This document shows, piece after piece, positions 1-10,144 of a stretch of DNA of 43,411 bases (position 1 is its first letter; each line of letters begins with the position of its first letter). Source of the stretch: Acidimicrobiia bacterium (GTDB lineage: Bacteria; Actinomycetota; Acidimicrobiia; Acidimicrobiales; VFJN01); assembly GCA_050247895.1 (NCBI GenBank), contig JBFWTJ010000001.1:1-43411 (forward strand). The letters run 5' to 3'. The position numbers and the translations under genes were made by a program. A model generated the notes under the pieces. It did not search any database. It was not told the origin of the DNA and saw only the letters and a list, made by a program, of their open reading frames with translations.

Positions 1-108
1 TCGACGTGCTCATCGGAAAGGGCGAAGTCCATCCCCACGCTCCCTGTCGTCCGGTCCTGCGTCCGGTCCCCTGTCGCCGGCCTCACGGCCGTCCCCAAGA
101 CTTGCAGG

Positions 109-136
109 TTGACGTCAGATGTCAAGTCCGTAGCAT
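109..136 (+). promoter_or_regulatory. Putative sigma70-type promoter (TTGACG, 16-nt spacer, TAGCAT) ahead of the Mo-oxidoreductase gene
   Basis: TTGACG at 109-114 and TAGCAT at 131-136 lie in a locally lower-GC patch. They are followed by the RBS GGAGAAGGGGGG (144-156) and ATG 160. Read by eye only. Confidence 0.3.
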
Positions 137-159
137 CGTCGGTGGAGAAGGGGGGAACC

Positions 160-2190
160 ATGGCCGCCGGCCCGAACCCGCGCACCGAGCACCGCAGCTT
201 CTGCCGCTTCTGCATCGCCCTGTGCGGCATCGTCGTGACGACCGAGGGGGACCAGGTCGTGCGGATCCGCGGCGACGAGGAGCACCCCCTGTCCCGGGGC
301 TACACCTGCCCCAAGGGCCGGGCGCTGGGCCGCGCCCACCACGACCCGCGCCGCCTGGACCGGCCGCTGCTGCGCCGGGACGGCGAGCTGGTCGAGGTGA
401 GCTGGGACGAGTGCCTCGACGACGTCGCCGCCCGGCTGCGGTCGATCCTCGACGCCGGCGACCCCGACGCCGTGGGCACCTACCTGGCCACGGCGTCCTC
501 GTTCGACGCCAGCGGCCGCCGGCTGGCCGAGAAGTTCGTGCGGGCCCTCGGCTCGCGCTCCAAGTACACGGCGACCACCGTCGACACGCCGTGCAAGCCG
601 CTGGTGGCCCAGCTCATGGCCGGCCACCCCGGCCTGGTCGCCGCGCTCGACCACCGCGACGCCCGGCTGGTCCTGCTCATCGGCCTCAACCCGGTGGTGT
701 CCCACGGGCACATGAACTCGTTCCCCGACCCGGTGGTCCGCCTGCGCGGCCTGGCCGCGCAGGGCGAGCTGTGGGTCCTGGACCCGCGGCGGACCGAGAC
801 GGCCCGGCTGGCCACCCGCCACCTGCAACCCCGGGCCGGCACCGACCACGTGGTCCTGGCCCACCTGGTCCGCGAGCTGCTACGCGACGGGGCCGACGAG
901 GACTACCTGCGCGACCACGCCACCGGCGTCGAGCGGCTCCGGGCCGCGGTCGAGCCCTTCGACCGGGACGGCGCGGCGGAGCGGACCGGGCTGGACCCGA
1001 GCGACCTCGACGACCTGGTCGCCACGGTGCGCCGGCACGGCCGGGTCGCGGCCCAGACCGGCACCGGCACGACCATGTCGCCGGCGGCCAACGTGACCGA
1101 GTGGCTCACCTGGGCCCTGCACGTGGTGACCGGATCGTGGGAGCGCCCGGGCGGCATGTGGTTGCACCCCGGCTTCCTCAAGCAGCTCGACCGGCGGTCG
1201 CTGTCGCCGCTGCCGGCCACGCCGGCCCCCGGGCCCCGGGCCCGCCCCGAGCTGCCCGGCCGGTTCGGCGAGCTCCCCTGCGCCGGCCTGGCCGACGAGA
1301 TCGCGGCCGGGAACCTGCGGGGGCTGTTCGTCGGGGGCGCCAACCCGGTGACCTCGCTGCCCGACGCCGGGCGCCTGGTCCCGCTGCTGTCGGGCCTGGA
1401 GCTGCTCGTGGTGTCCGACGTGGTCATGTCCGAGACCGCCGAGCTGGCCACCCACGTGCTGCCGGCCCTGGGCCAGCTCGAACGGCCCGACGTCCCCCAC
1501 TACATCGACCAGTTCCAGTTCGAGGTGGCCAGCCAGTACACCGACCGGGTCGTGGCGCCGGTGGCCGAGCGACGGTCGATGTGGTGGCACTACGCGTCGA
1601 TCGCCCACCGGCTGGGGCTGGACCTGCTCGACGGCCGGCACCCCGACGAGGTGACCGACGAGGAGCTGCTGGCACCGCTGGCCGAGCGGTCCCGGGCCGA
1701 CTTCGCCACCCTGCGCGAGGCCCCCACCGCGGTGGTGGCCGAGCGGGCCGCCATGGGCTGGGTCGAGCGCGACCTGCTGCCCGACGGCCGCTGGGAGGCG
1801 GCACCGCCCGAGCTGGTGGCCCAGCTGGCCGCGCTGTCGGACCCCGCCCCGCTCGTGCTCACCCCCCGCCGCCAGCTCCGCCACCTGAACTCGCAGATGG
1901 CGGCCGATGCCATGGGATCGTCGGCGGACCGGCCCGAGGCGCTGGTGAACCCGGCCGACGCGGCCGACGCCGGCATCGCCGACGGCCAGGAGGTCCTGGT
2001 CCGCTCGGCCAGCGGCAGCCTGGTCGTGCGGGCCAAGGTCGTCGACGACATCCGCCGTGGGGCGGTGTCGATCCCCCACGGCTTCGGCACGGCCAACGTC
2101 AGCGTCCTCACGTCGGGGACCCACGACGTCGACCCGCTCACCGGCATGGTCACCCAGTCCGGCGTCCCCATCACCCTCGCCCCGGCGTGA
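160..2190 (+). CDS. Molybdopterin-dependent oxidoreductase, MopB superfamily (formate/nitrate-reductase-like catalytic subunit)
   Basis: 676 aa. N-terminal C-x2-C-x3-C-x27-C motif (CRFCIALCG...YTCPKG) is typical of the MopB 4Fe-4S domain. The rest is protein-like throughout. The ORF track starts at TTG 109, but ATG 160 has a strong purine-rich RBS 4 nt upstream. Confidence 0.85.
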   Translation: MAAGPNPRTEHRSFCRFCIALCGIVVTTEGDQVVRIRGDEEHPLSRGYTCPKGRALGRAHHDPRRLDRPLLRRDGELVEVSWDECLDDVAARLRSILDAGDPDAVGTYLATASSFDASGRRLAEKFVRALGSRSKYTATTVDTPCKPLVAQLMAGHPGLVAALDHRDARLVLLIGLNPVVSHGHMNSFPDPVVRLRGLAAQGELWVLDPRRTETARLATRHLQPRAGTDHVVLAHLVRELLRDGADEDYLRDHATGVERLRAAVEPFDRDGAAERTGLDPSDLDDLVATVRRHGRVAAQTGTGTTMSPAANVTEWLTWALHVVTGSWERPGGMWLHPGFLKQLDRRSLSPLPATPAPGPRARPELPGRFGELPCAGLADEIAAGNLRGLFVGGANPVTSLPDAGRLVPLLSGLELLVVSDVVMSETAELATHVLPALGQLERPDVPHYIDQFQFEVASQYTDRVVAPVAERRSMWWHYASIAHRLGLDLLDGRHPDEVTDEELLAPLAERSRADFATLREAPTAVVAERAAMGWVERDLLPDGRWEAAPPELVAQLAALSDPAPLVLTPRRQLRHLNSQMAADAMGSSADRPEALVNPADAADAGIADGQEVLVRSASGSLVVRAKVVDDIRRGAVSIPHGFGTANVSVLTSGTHDVDPLTGMVTQSGVPITLAPA

Positions 2191-2285
2191 CCGGCCCAAC
2201 AGGGTTGACGGCCGACGCACCTCAAGTGTTCAACGTGATCTTGCTGGGCGACTACGGCAAGCCCAAGGTGTCTGGGCGATCGAGG

Positions 2286-2612
2286 TCATTCGCGAGCGAC
2301 AGCGACTTCCAGGGCGGCACAGACCTGGCGCATGCGATCGTCGCCGAGCCGGCCCAACCGCTCGACCAGGACACCGAGTGACACGCACTCCACTGAATCC
2401 AGGTTCACGGCGCAACGACGGGGAACCGGATCCTCGACGGGTTCCAGCTCGACCTCGCTGGCAAGCCCCCTCACGGTCGTCGTACACGGTGCCACCAGGC
2501 TCCGGCGGAGCCGGGGGATCGCTGCGTCCCGGGACAGGATGACGACCGGGCGACGCCCGACGTGCGGCATCTCGCACCACCAGACCTCACCCCGCGATGG
2601 CAGGCCGATCAT
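2286..2612 (-). CDS. Type II toxin, PemK/MazF-family endoribonuclease
   Basis: 108 aa from [16 protein letters not shown]...RPVVILSRD...[17 protein letters not shown]...[11 protein letters not shown]...[19 protein letters not shown], which follows the MazF/PemK pattern. ATG 2612 overlaps the antitoxin stop (ATGA at 2609-2612). About 20% A/T-ending codons by hand count. Confidence 0.85.
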   Translation of the reverse strand: MIGLPSRGEVWWCEMPHVGRRPVVILSRDAAIPRLRRSLVAPCTTTVRGLASEVELEPVEDPVPRRCAVNLDSVECVSLGVLVERLGRLGDDRMRQVCAALEVAVARE

Positions 2613-2845
2613 GACCGTCCCGCCGCGTCCCGGAACGAGGCCAGGTCGCCCCACTCGTCGGGCTCGTCGAGCGGCACCTCGTCGTAGGCCGCATAGGCGG
2701 CATCCACCTCGGCCGCCCGGTGCGACCGCAGGAGCGCGGCGAGCGCCTCGTCCAGCAACGTGGCGTCGTTGACGCCCTCGCGCAATCGCCGGGCCGCAGC
2801 CAGGAGCTCCTCGTCCACCGTCGTGCTCACCCGCGTTCGAGCCAT
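2609..2845 (-). CDS. Type II antitoxin (MazE-like / RHH-type) partnered with the MazF-like toxin
   Basis: 78 aa, [21 protein letters not shown]... with an acidic C-terminus ([13 protein letters not shown]). Sits directly upstream of the toxin and overlaps it by 4 nt. Alternative start at ATG 2857 ([10 protein letters not shown]); the longer 2914 start in the track is unlikely. Confidence 0.7.
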   Translation of the reverse strand: MARTRVSTTVDEELLAAARRLREGVNDATLLDEALAALLRSHRAAEVDAAYAAYDEVPLDEPDEWGDLASFRDAAGRS

Positions 2846-2848
2846 TGG

Positions 2849-2870
2849 CACGATCATGCCACGATCATGC
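2849..2870. repeat. Perfect tandem duplication of an 11-nt unit (CACGATCATGC x2) abutting the antitoxin start; probable TA operator
   Basis: Bases 2849-2859 and 2860-2870 are identical, followed by a partial third copy (CAC). The repeat lies 4 nt upstream (minus strand) of ATG 2845. Confidence 0.6.
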
Positions 2871-2944
2871 CACCAGCCTGTGACAGCTCCACCGGGCGCC
2901 GGTCGAAGGACCACCGAGGCCGGCGCCTACGACGACGACACGGG

Positions 2945-5203
<2,259 letters not shown>

Positions 5204-5316
5204 TCACCTCGGCTCGCCGAGCCGTCTCCCGGCAACGTAAACCCGATCCCCGGACCGGTCCAGGGATCGACCCGGCTCCGCCTCCCGCCGTGGCACCCGC
5301 GGATCGACCGGGGCCG

Positions 5317-5955
5317 TCAGACCGCTCGGGCCGCGGCGAAGACCACCAGGGCCGCGAGGGCGGCGGTGCCGGTGGCGGCCAGCGCGGTGGCGGGCCGGCG
5401 GCTGCGGGCGACGACGATCGCCACGACCACCACGCCGATCGAGGTCTCGGCGGCCCAGTAGCGCCAGTCGGTGGTGTCGGCCACCGTGGACCAGCCGTAG
5501 GCGCCCTCGCCGACCAGCACCCCGCCGATCGCGGCGAGGCCGACCGGACCGAGCAGGCCGCCGCGGGTCGACCAGGCCGCGGCGACGCCGAGGGGCGGGC
5601 CGGCCAGCACCGCGGCGGTCAGCCAGAACACGACGGTCGAGGTGGCGTTGGCGCCGCCGCGGACCTCGGTCGCGACCACGTAGCCGACCTCGCAGCAGGC
5701 CAGGGTCGCCGTGGCCGCGACCACCGCGGGCAGGACCTGGCGGCTCCGGCGGGCGACGACGAACGCGGCCAGGGACCACGGCCCGGCCGAGTTGGCCAGC
5801 GACGACGTCGAGTCCCCCAGCCACCCCTGGCCGTAGGCGGTCAGCGCGCCGACGCCGAACCCGACGGCCACCGCCACCAGCAGGGCCGAGCCCACCGACG
5901 GACCACCGGGGTGGCGTCCCTCCACCGGGCTCGTCGCCGTCCGCATCCACGCCAC
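5317..5955 (-). CDS. Hypothetical polytopic membrane protein
   Basis: 212 aa with about six hydrophobic Ala/Val/Gly-rich segments (LLVAVAVGFGVGALTAY, VVFWLTAAVLAGPPLGVAAA, IGVVVVAIVVA). No recognisable catalytic motif. Start could be GTG 5955 or ATG 5946. Confidence 0.55.
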   Translation of the reverse strand: MAWMRTATSPVEGRHPGGPSVGSALLVAVAVGFGVGALTAYGQGWLGDSTSSLANSAGPWSLAAFVVARRSRQVLPAVVAATATLACCEVGYVVATEVRGGANATSTVVFWLTAAVLAGPPLGVAAAWSTRGGLLGPVGLAAIGGVLVGEGAYGWSTVADTTDWRYWAAETSIGVVVVAIVVARSRRPATALAATGTAALAALVVFAAARAV

Positions 5956-6022
5956 CCTAGGGAGGCGCGATCACCGCGAGGCGAGGGCGAGCCCGCCCGG
6001 CCACGCCGGGCGACCCGGGCCC

Positions 6023-6394
6023 TCAGGCGAGGAGGTGGCGGCGGAGGACCTCGGCGCCCGAGCGCGCCACGTCGCGGGTGGCGGTGAGCAGGACGACCGG
6101 GCCCCGGCCGGCCAGGGCCCGCAGGTGCTCGACCACCGCGGTGGCGGGCGGTTCGGCCAGCTCGGCCCGGTAGCGGCGGGCGAACTCGTCGAACCGGGCC
6201 GGCTCGTGGCCGTACCAGCGGCGCAACCCGCCGCTGGGGGCCACGTCCTTGGCCCACTCGTCCAGGGCCAGGTCGCCACGGGCCACGCCCCGAGGCCAGA
6301 GCCGGTCGACCAGGACCCGGTGGCCGCCCGCCCGGTCGTCGGGGCCGTAGACCCGACGGACCTCCACCACGCCCGGGCCGACCTCAGCCGTCAC
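6023..6394 (-). CDS. DUF488-family protein
   Basis: RRVYGPDDRAGGHRVLVDRLWPRGVARGDLALDEWAKDVAPSGGLRRWYGHEPARFDEFARRYRAEL matches the DUF488 pattern as I remember it. Start is uncertain: GTG 6394, or a GTG a few codons downstream at VVEVRRVY. Confidence 0.75.
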   Translation of the reverse strand: MTAEVGPGVVEVRRVYGPDDRAGGHRVLVDRLWPRGVARGDLALDEWAKDVAPSGGLRRWYGHEPARFDEFARRYRAELAEPPATAVVEHLRALAGRGPVVLLTATRDVARSGAEVLRRHLLA

Positions 6395-6545
6395 GGTAGG
6401 TCCAGTCGGACCGCTCGAGCCGGTGGCGCTCGTCGCAGCGGGCCACGCCACCGGACAGGTCGACCAGCTTGGGCAGCGGGCGGTCACCCGGCAGGGGGCA
6501 GCGGTGGCCCGCGAGGTGGGCGGCCGGCAGCAGGAAGGTGGTCAC
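6384..6545 (-). CDS. Possible small (53 aa) Cys/His-containing protein
   Basis: GTG 6545 is preceded by GAGAGGAG at a 6-nt spacing. Translation is VTTFLLPAAHLAGHRCPLPGDRPLPKLVDLSGGVARCDERHRLERSDWTYRDG. It is the 3' end of a 822-aa shadow ORF in the track. No family recognised. Confidence 0.3.
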   Translation of the reverse strand: MTTFLLPAAHLAGHRCPLPGDRPLPKLVDLSGGVARCDERHRLERSDWTYRDG

Positions 6546-6669
6546 GGATCGCTCCTCTCGGTCCGGGCCCTGGCCCGAGCCCCGCTCCGGTCCGCTCGGC
6601 CGGCAGGATCGGCCGTACCCGGTCCGGGTCGCCGCGCACCTGGCCACCCCGCCGGGCGGCCGGGCCGGG

Positions 6670-6936
6670 TCACAGGGCGCGGAGGAACTCCTCGGCCAAG
6701 GCCCCCAGGGTGGCCGGCCGGGCGTCGGACAGGTCCAGGTCGCCCAGCGAGCGCTCGCCCAGCTCCTCGGCGACGAGGTCCCACAGGCGCAGCAGGGCCA
6801 GGTCGTCGTCGAGGTCCAGCGCGGCCAGCGTGGCGCTCCCGGCGCCTTCGGGCTCGATGCCCACGAGCGCGGCCAGCAGCTCGACGACGGCGTCGACGCC
6901 CAGGTCGTCGCGCTGCTGGTGGGTCTCGGCCGGCAC
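6670..6936 (-). CDS. Hypothetical small acidic protein (88 aa)
   Basis: The GTG start lies 1 nt after the DUF2249 stop, indicating translational coupling. Highly acidic Leu/Asp-rich helical-looking sequence (LDLDDDLALLRLWDLVAEELGERSLGDLDL). It looks vaguely ACP-like but lacks the DSL serine. Confidence 0.5.
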   Translation of the reverse strand: MPAETHQQRDDLGVDAVVELLAALVGIEPEGAGSATLAALDLDDDLALLRLWDLVAEELGERSLGDLDLSDARPATLGALAEEFLRAL

Positions 6937-6937
6937 C

Positions 6938-7375
6938 TCAGCCCCGCAGGAAGGTGACCCGCCAGTCGCCGGACTCGAGCGGGTCGGCGACGTAGCGGAA
7001 CCCCTGCGCGCCCAGCACGCCCTCGAGGGGGACGGGCTCGAAGGGCGCGTAGACGACCAGCACCTCGCCCTCCCCGACCCGGGCCGCGGCCTCCATGATC
7101 TCGGCGAAGGGCTCGCCGCCCTCGGCCAGGGTGGGCCGGGCGTCGACCACGTGGGCCCGGCTGGTGATCTCGACGGCCCACTCCTCGGGGCCCCGCTCGA
7201 CGTACTCCCAGGCGAACTGGCCGGGCCGCGTGGCGTCGAGCTGGTGGCGCAGCGGCGACGGGTCGTGGTCGTTGAGCAACCGGAGCACCTCCCCGGCGGC
7301 CAGGCCGTCGAGCTCCTCGAAGATGGCCTCGTGCCGGCCCCTCGGCGGCATCGGCCTCACGTCCAGCGTCCGCAT
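6938..7375 (-). CDS. DUF2249 domain protein (tandem DUF2249 repeats)
   Basis: LDVRPMPPRGRHEAIFEELDGLAAGEVLRLLNDHDPSPLRHQL, plus a second similar half (VVDARPTLAEGGEPFAEIMEAAARVGEGEVLVVYAPFEPVPL). This is the pattern remembered for DUF2249. Confidence 0.8.
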   Translation of the reverse strand: MRTLDVRPMPPRGRHEAIFEELDGLAAGEVLRLLNDHDPSPLRHQLDATRPGQFAWEYVERGPEEWAVEITSRAHVVDARPTLAEGGEPFAEIMEAAARVGEGEVLVVYAPFEPVPLEGVLGAQGFRYVADPLESGDWRVTFLRG

Positions 7376-7404
7376 CGTCGGTCCTCCCGCGGTCGGTTGC
7401 CGGT

Positions 7405-7442
7405 GATGTTATTCTGCTACTAACTAGAAAAACCAACGGAGG
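7405..7442 (+). promoter_or_regulatory. AT-rich conserved leader/operator-like motif, copy A
   Basis: GATGTTATTCTGCTACTAACTAGAAAAACCAACGGAGG ends 6 nt before GTG 7449. It aligns with the copies at 9401, 14501, 15907 and 19809. It lies in the divergent DUF2249/membrane-protein intergenic region. Confidence 0.5.
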
Positions 7443-7448
7443 TCGCCC

Positions 7449-8843
7449 GTGCCCGGAACCAGCGCCCCACCCGGTCCCGGACCCGGGCCCGCCGCGGCAC
7501 CGGTCGCCCCGTTCGTCCCCGGCGGGGCGACGGTGCCGCCGGCATCGGTGCCCCTCGCCTTCCTGGCCGCCTCCGGGGTCGGCCTGGCCGGCTTCGGCCT
7601 GGCCGCGTCCCTCGCCGCCGGGCGCGTGGTGTCGGCACCCACCGCGCCGGGCGCCCTGGCCGCCACCCACGTGGGGATGCTGGCCTTCCTCACCACCGCC
7701 GTGCTCGGCGCCGCGCACCAGTTCACCCCGGTCGTGTCCCGCCGACCGCTGCGCTCGGTCGCGCTGGCCCGCCTGACCGCCGTCGGCATGGTGGCGACGG
7801 CCTGGCTGCTGCCCACCGGCTTCGCCCACGGCCCCGAGGACCTGGTCGTGGTGGGCGGCCTGCTCGGCGCGGCGACGGTGGCCTCGGCGGCCTGGAACCT
7901 GTCGGGACCGCTGGCCGCCCGGGGCGGCGGCGTGCCCCTGGCCGGGCTCCGGCTCTCCGTCGCCTACCTGGTCGTCACGGTGGCCTTCGGCGTCGTCTAC
8001 GCCTTCGACCGGCAGGCCGGCTGGTTCCCGCTGCTCCCCCACCGCGTCCTGGCCCACGCCCACCTGGGCCTGCTGGGCTGGCTCGGCCTGACCTACGTGT
8101 CGGTGGCCGAGAAGCTGTGGCCCATGTTCCTGCTGGCCCACCGGCCCCGGGCCCGGGCCGGCGCCTGGGCCGTCGGGCTGCTGGGAGCAGGCTCCCCGGT
8201 GCTGGCCGCCGGCCTCCTGTTCGGCGTGCCGGCGCTCGCCTGGCCCGGCGGGCTCGCCGCGGCCGGCGGGCTGGGGGCCCACCTGGTCTCGCTGGCCGGT
8301 GCCGTCCGCCACCGCCGGCGCCCGCTCGAGCTCCTGCACGCCTTCCTGTTCGCCTCGGCCGCCTTCCTCGTCGCCGCCGTCGTGCTGGCCGCGACGGCGG
8401 CGCTGGCCCCGCTCGACACCGCGGACCGGGTCCGCCTGGTGACCGCCGAGATCGCCGCGCTGGTCGCCTGGCTCGGCCTGGCCGTGGTCGGCCACGCCCA
8501 CAAGATCGTGCCCTTCATCGCCTACACGGTGCTGCGCCGCCGCGGCGTGGCCGCGGCCCCGTCGGGACGGCCGCTGCTGTTCGGCGACCTGTTCCACCAC
8601 GGCACGGCGCGGGCCACCTGCGTGGTGGCCACCGCGGGCTTCGCCGGCGTGCTGGTGGGGATCCTGGCCGCCTCTCCGGGTGCCGTGGCCGCCGGGGCGC
8701 TGGGCGTGTCGGTCGCGGGGGTCCTGGCCACGGCCACCCTCGCCACCGGCCCGCGGCGGGCCGTCCGGGCCACCCGCCGCGCCGGGCCGGCGCCGGCCCG
8801 TGGCGCGACATCCGGCCCGGCGATCCCGGGGAGGCCCTCGTGA
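7449..8843 (+). CDS. His-rich polytopic membrane protein (possible haem/copper-binding, HCO subunit I / NnrS-like)
   Basis: 464 aa with about 12 hydrophobic segments. Conserved-looking His clusters include THVGMLAF..AAHQFTP, LPHRVLAHAHLGLLGW and VVGHAHKIVPF. RBS GGAGG sits 6 nt upstream of the GTG. The family assignment is tentative. Confidence 0.7.
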   Translation: MPGTSAPPGPGPGPAAAPVAPFVPGGATVPPASVPLAFLAASGVGLAGFGLAASLAAGRVVSAPTAPGALAATHVGMLAFLTTAVLGAAHQFTPVVSRRPLRSVALARLTAVGMVATAWLLPTGFAHGPEDLVVVGGLLGAATVASAAWNLSGPLAARGGGVPLAGLRLSVAYLVVTVAFGVVYAFDRQAGWFPLLPHRVLAHAHLGLLGWLGLTYVSVAEKLWPMFLLAHRPRARAGAWAVGLLGAGSPVLAAGLLFGVPALAWPGGLAAAGGLGAHLVSLAGAVRHRRRPLELLHAFLFASAAFLVAAVVLAATAALAPLDTADRVRLVTAEIAALVAWLGLAVVGHAHKIVPFIAYTVLRRRGVAAAPSGRPLLFGDLFHHGTARATCVVATAGFAGVLVGILAASPGAVAAGALGVSVAGVLATATLATGPRRAVRATRRAGPAPARGATSGPAIPGRPS

Positions 8844-9364
8844 CCCAGCCACCGACCGCAGACCCCCGCACCCCGGGGGCGACCGCCCCGACCCCTCGCC
8901 GTGCCGACCCGGAGGGGCACCCGCCTCCCGGTGCGGACCTCGACGCCGCGGGCCCGTCCCCGAGCGGCGACGGCTCGTCCCCGGCTGTCGGGGGCCGGCT
9001 GGCCGACCTCGTGCACGACGCGGCGAGCGGGCTCGCGCCGGCGGCCGACCCCGGCGCCGAGGAGCGCCGTGCCGCGGTGCTCACGGCCCTGGGCGACGTG
9101 TGGGACCCCGAGCTGGGCCTCGACGTGGTCGCCCTCGGCCTCGTCTACGACGTGCGGGTCGACGGGGACCGGGTCGAGGTGGACATGACCTTGACCACGC
9201 CCGGCTGCCCGGTCTCCGAGCAGCTCCCGAGCGAGGCCGAGGCCGCGGTGCGAGCCGCCCTGCCCGGTGCCGAGGTCGTCCTGCGGGTGGTGTGGGAACC
9301 GCCGTGGACGCCCGAGCTGCTCTCGCCCTCGGCCCTCGAGCGGCTGGGCCTGGCCCGCGGCTGA
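8840..9364 (+). CDS. DUF59 / SufT-MIP18-like Fe-S (metal-sulfur) cluster assembly factor with a Pro-rich N-terminal extension
   Basis: C-terminal ~100 aa (VLTALGDVWDPELGLDVVALGLVYDVRVDGDRVEVDMTLTTPGCPVSEQL) is a classic DUF59 core. GTG 8840 overlaps the upstream stop (GTGA). Confidence 0.85.
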   Translation: MTQPPTADPRTPGATAPTPRRADPEGHPPPGADLDAAGPSPSGDGSSPAVGGRLADLVHDAASGLAPAADPGAEERRAAVLTALGDVWDPELGLDVVALGLVYDVRVDGDRVEVDMTLTTPGCPVSEQLPSEAEAAVRAALPGAEVVLRVVWEPPWTPELLSPSALERLGLARG

Positions 9365-9380
9365 CCGTCCGAATCCCGAC

Positions 9381-9409
9381 TTGCACGGTCGAGAATGGGT
9401 CCGTAGTTT
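9381..9409 (+). promoter_or_regulatory. Putative promoter TTGCAC-17 nt-TAGTTT for the peroxiredoxin/sulfite-reductase unit
   Basis: TTGCAC at 9381-9386 and TAGTTT at 9404-9409 (TANNNT) with a 17-nt spacer. By eye only. Confidence 0.3.
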
Positions 9410-9439
9410 TCCTATCAACAGCTAGAAGAACTACGGAGG
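9401..9439 (+). promoter_or_regulatory. AT-rich conserved leader/operator-like motif, copy C
   Basis: CCGTAGTTTTCCTATCAACAGCTAGAAGAACTACGGAGG ends 4 nt before ATG 9444. Its 3' half (CTAGAAGAAC-TACGGAGG) is near-identical to copy A (CTAGAAAAACCAACGGAGG). Confidence 0.5.
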
Positions 9440-9443
9440 AACC

Positions 9444-10076
9444 ATGACGCTCCAGCTCGGCGACCCCGCCCCGGACTTCACCGCCGACACCACCCAGGGC
9501 CGGCTCGGACTGCACGAGTACCTGGGCGAGGGATGGGGGATCCTCTTCTCCCACCCGGCCGACTTCACCCCGGTGTGCACCACCGAGCTGGGCGCCTTCG
9601 CCAACCGCCGGGACGAGTTCGCGCAGCGGGACACCAAGCTCATCGGGGTCAGCGTCGACCCCGTCGAGGACCACCGGCGCTGGTCGGACGACATCGCGGA
9701 GACCCAGGGCACCGGGCTCAACTTCCCCCTCGTCGGCGACGAGGGCCGTGAGGTCGCCTCGCTCTACGGGATGATCCACCCCAACGCCCTGGCCACGGCC
9801 ACGGTGCGCACGGTGTTCGTGATCAGCCCGGACAAGAAGGTCGCGCTCACCCTGACCTACCCCGCCGCCATCGGCCGCAACGTCGACGAGATCCTGCGCG
9901 TCCTCGACGCCCTGCAGCTCAGCGCCCGGCACAGCGTGTCCACCCCGGTGAACTGGACCGACGGCGACGACGTGATCATCTCCCCCGCCATCGACGACGC
10001 CACCGCGGCCGAGCGGTTCCCCAAGGGCTTCCGCACCCTCAAGCCCTACCTCCGCTACACGCCCCAGCCCGACTGA
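9444..10076 (+). CDS. 1-Cys peroxiredoxin (Prx6-type, AhpC/TSA family)
   Basis: FSHPADFTPVCTTEL peroxidatic-Cys motif. 210-aa length and the C-terminal extension are typical of 1-Cys Prx. Confidence 0.95.
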   Translation: MTLQLGDPAPDFTADTTQGRLGLHEYLGEGWGILFSHPADFTPVCTTELGAFANRRDEFAQRDTKLIGVSVDPVEDHRRWSDDIAETQGTGLNFPLVGDEGREVASLYGMIHPNALATATVRTVFVISPDKKVALTLTYPAAIGRNVDEILRVLDALQLSARHSVSTPVNWTDGDDVIISPAIDDATAAERFPKGFRTLKPYLRYTPQPD

Positions 10077-10144
10077 CGCCGCGGCGCCTCCCCGCCGACG
10101 TGCACGCCCACGCCGCTCCCGCGACCCCCGGGCCGGGCGCCTCG

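Noticed and set aside
6-2381. 791-aa plus-strand ORF overlapping the Mo-oxidoreductase gene in another frame. The same applies to 2720-5461, 6035-7423, 8117-9364 (5' part), 12587-14620 and similar ORFs.
   Set aside because: The translations are monotonous Arg/Pro/Gly/Ala strings with no motifs, typical of out-of-frame reading in very GC-rich DNA. A well-supported gene occupies the same DNA in another frame.
2895-2927. Inverted repeat GGCGCCGG...CCGGCGCC downstream of the katG stop, as a terminator.
   Set aside because: The 8-bp stem has a 17-nt loop and no U-tract, so it is too weak to call. It also lies in the probable TA promoter region.
5208-5309. Palindrome CTCGGC-TC-GCCGAG (5208-5221) and the 9-nt direct repeat GGATCGACC (5264-5272, 5301-5309) upstream of katG, as a Fur/OxyR-type operator.
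   Set aside because: Short GC-rich repeats are expected by chance in this composition. They do not resemble any operator consensus I know, and no furA-like gene is adjacent.
6670-6936. Acidic 88-aa protein as an acyl/peptidyl carrier protein.
   Set aside because: The helix pattern is vaguely ACP-like, but the phosphopantetheine-attachment Ser (DSL) is absent; the sequence reads LDLDDD instead.
6384-8852. 822-aa minus-strand ORF spanning the DUF2249, membrane-protein and small-gene region.
   Set aside because: It is shadow ORF nonsense except possibly its last 53 codons, which are reported separately at low confidence.
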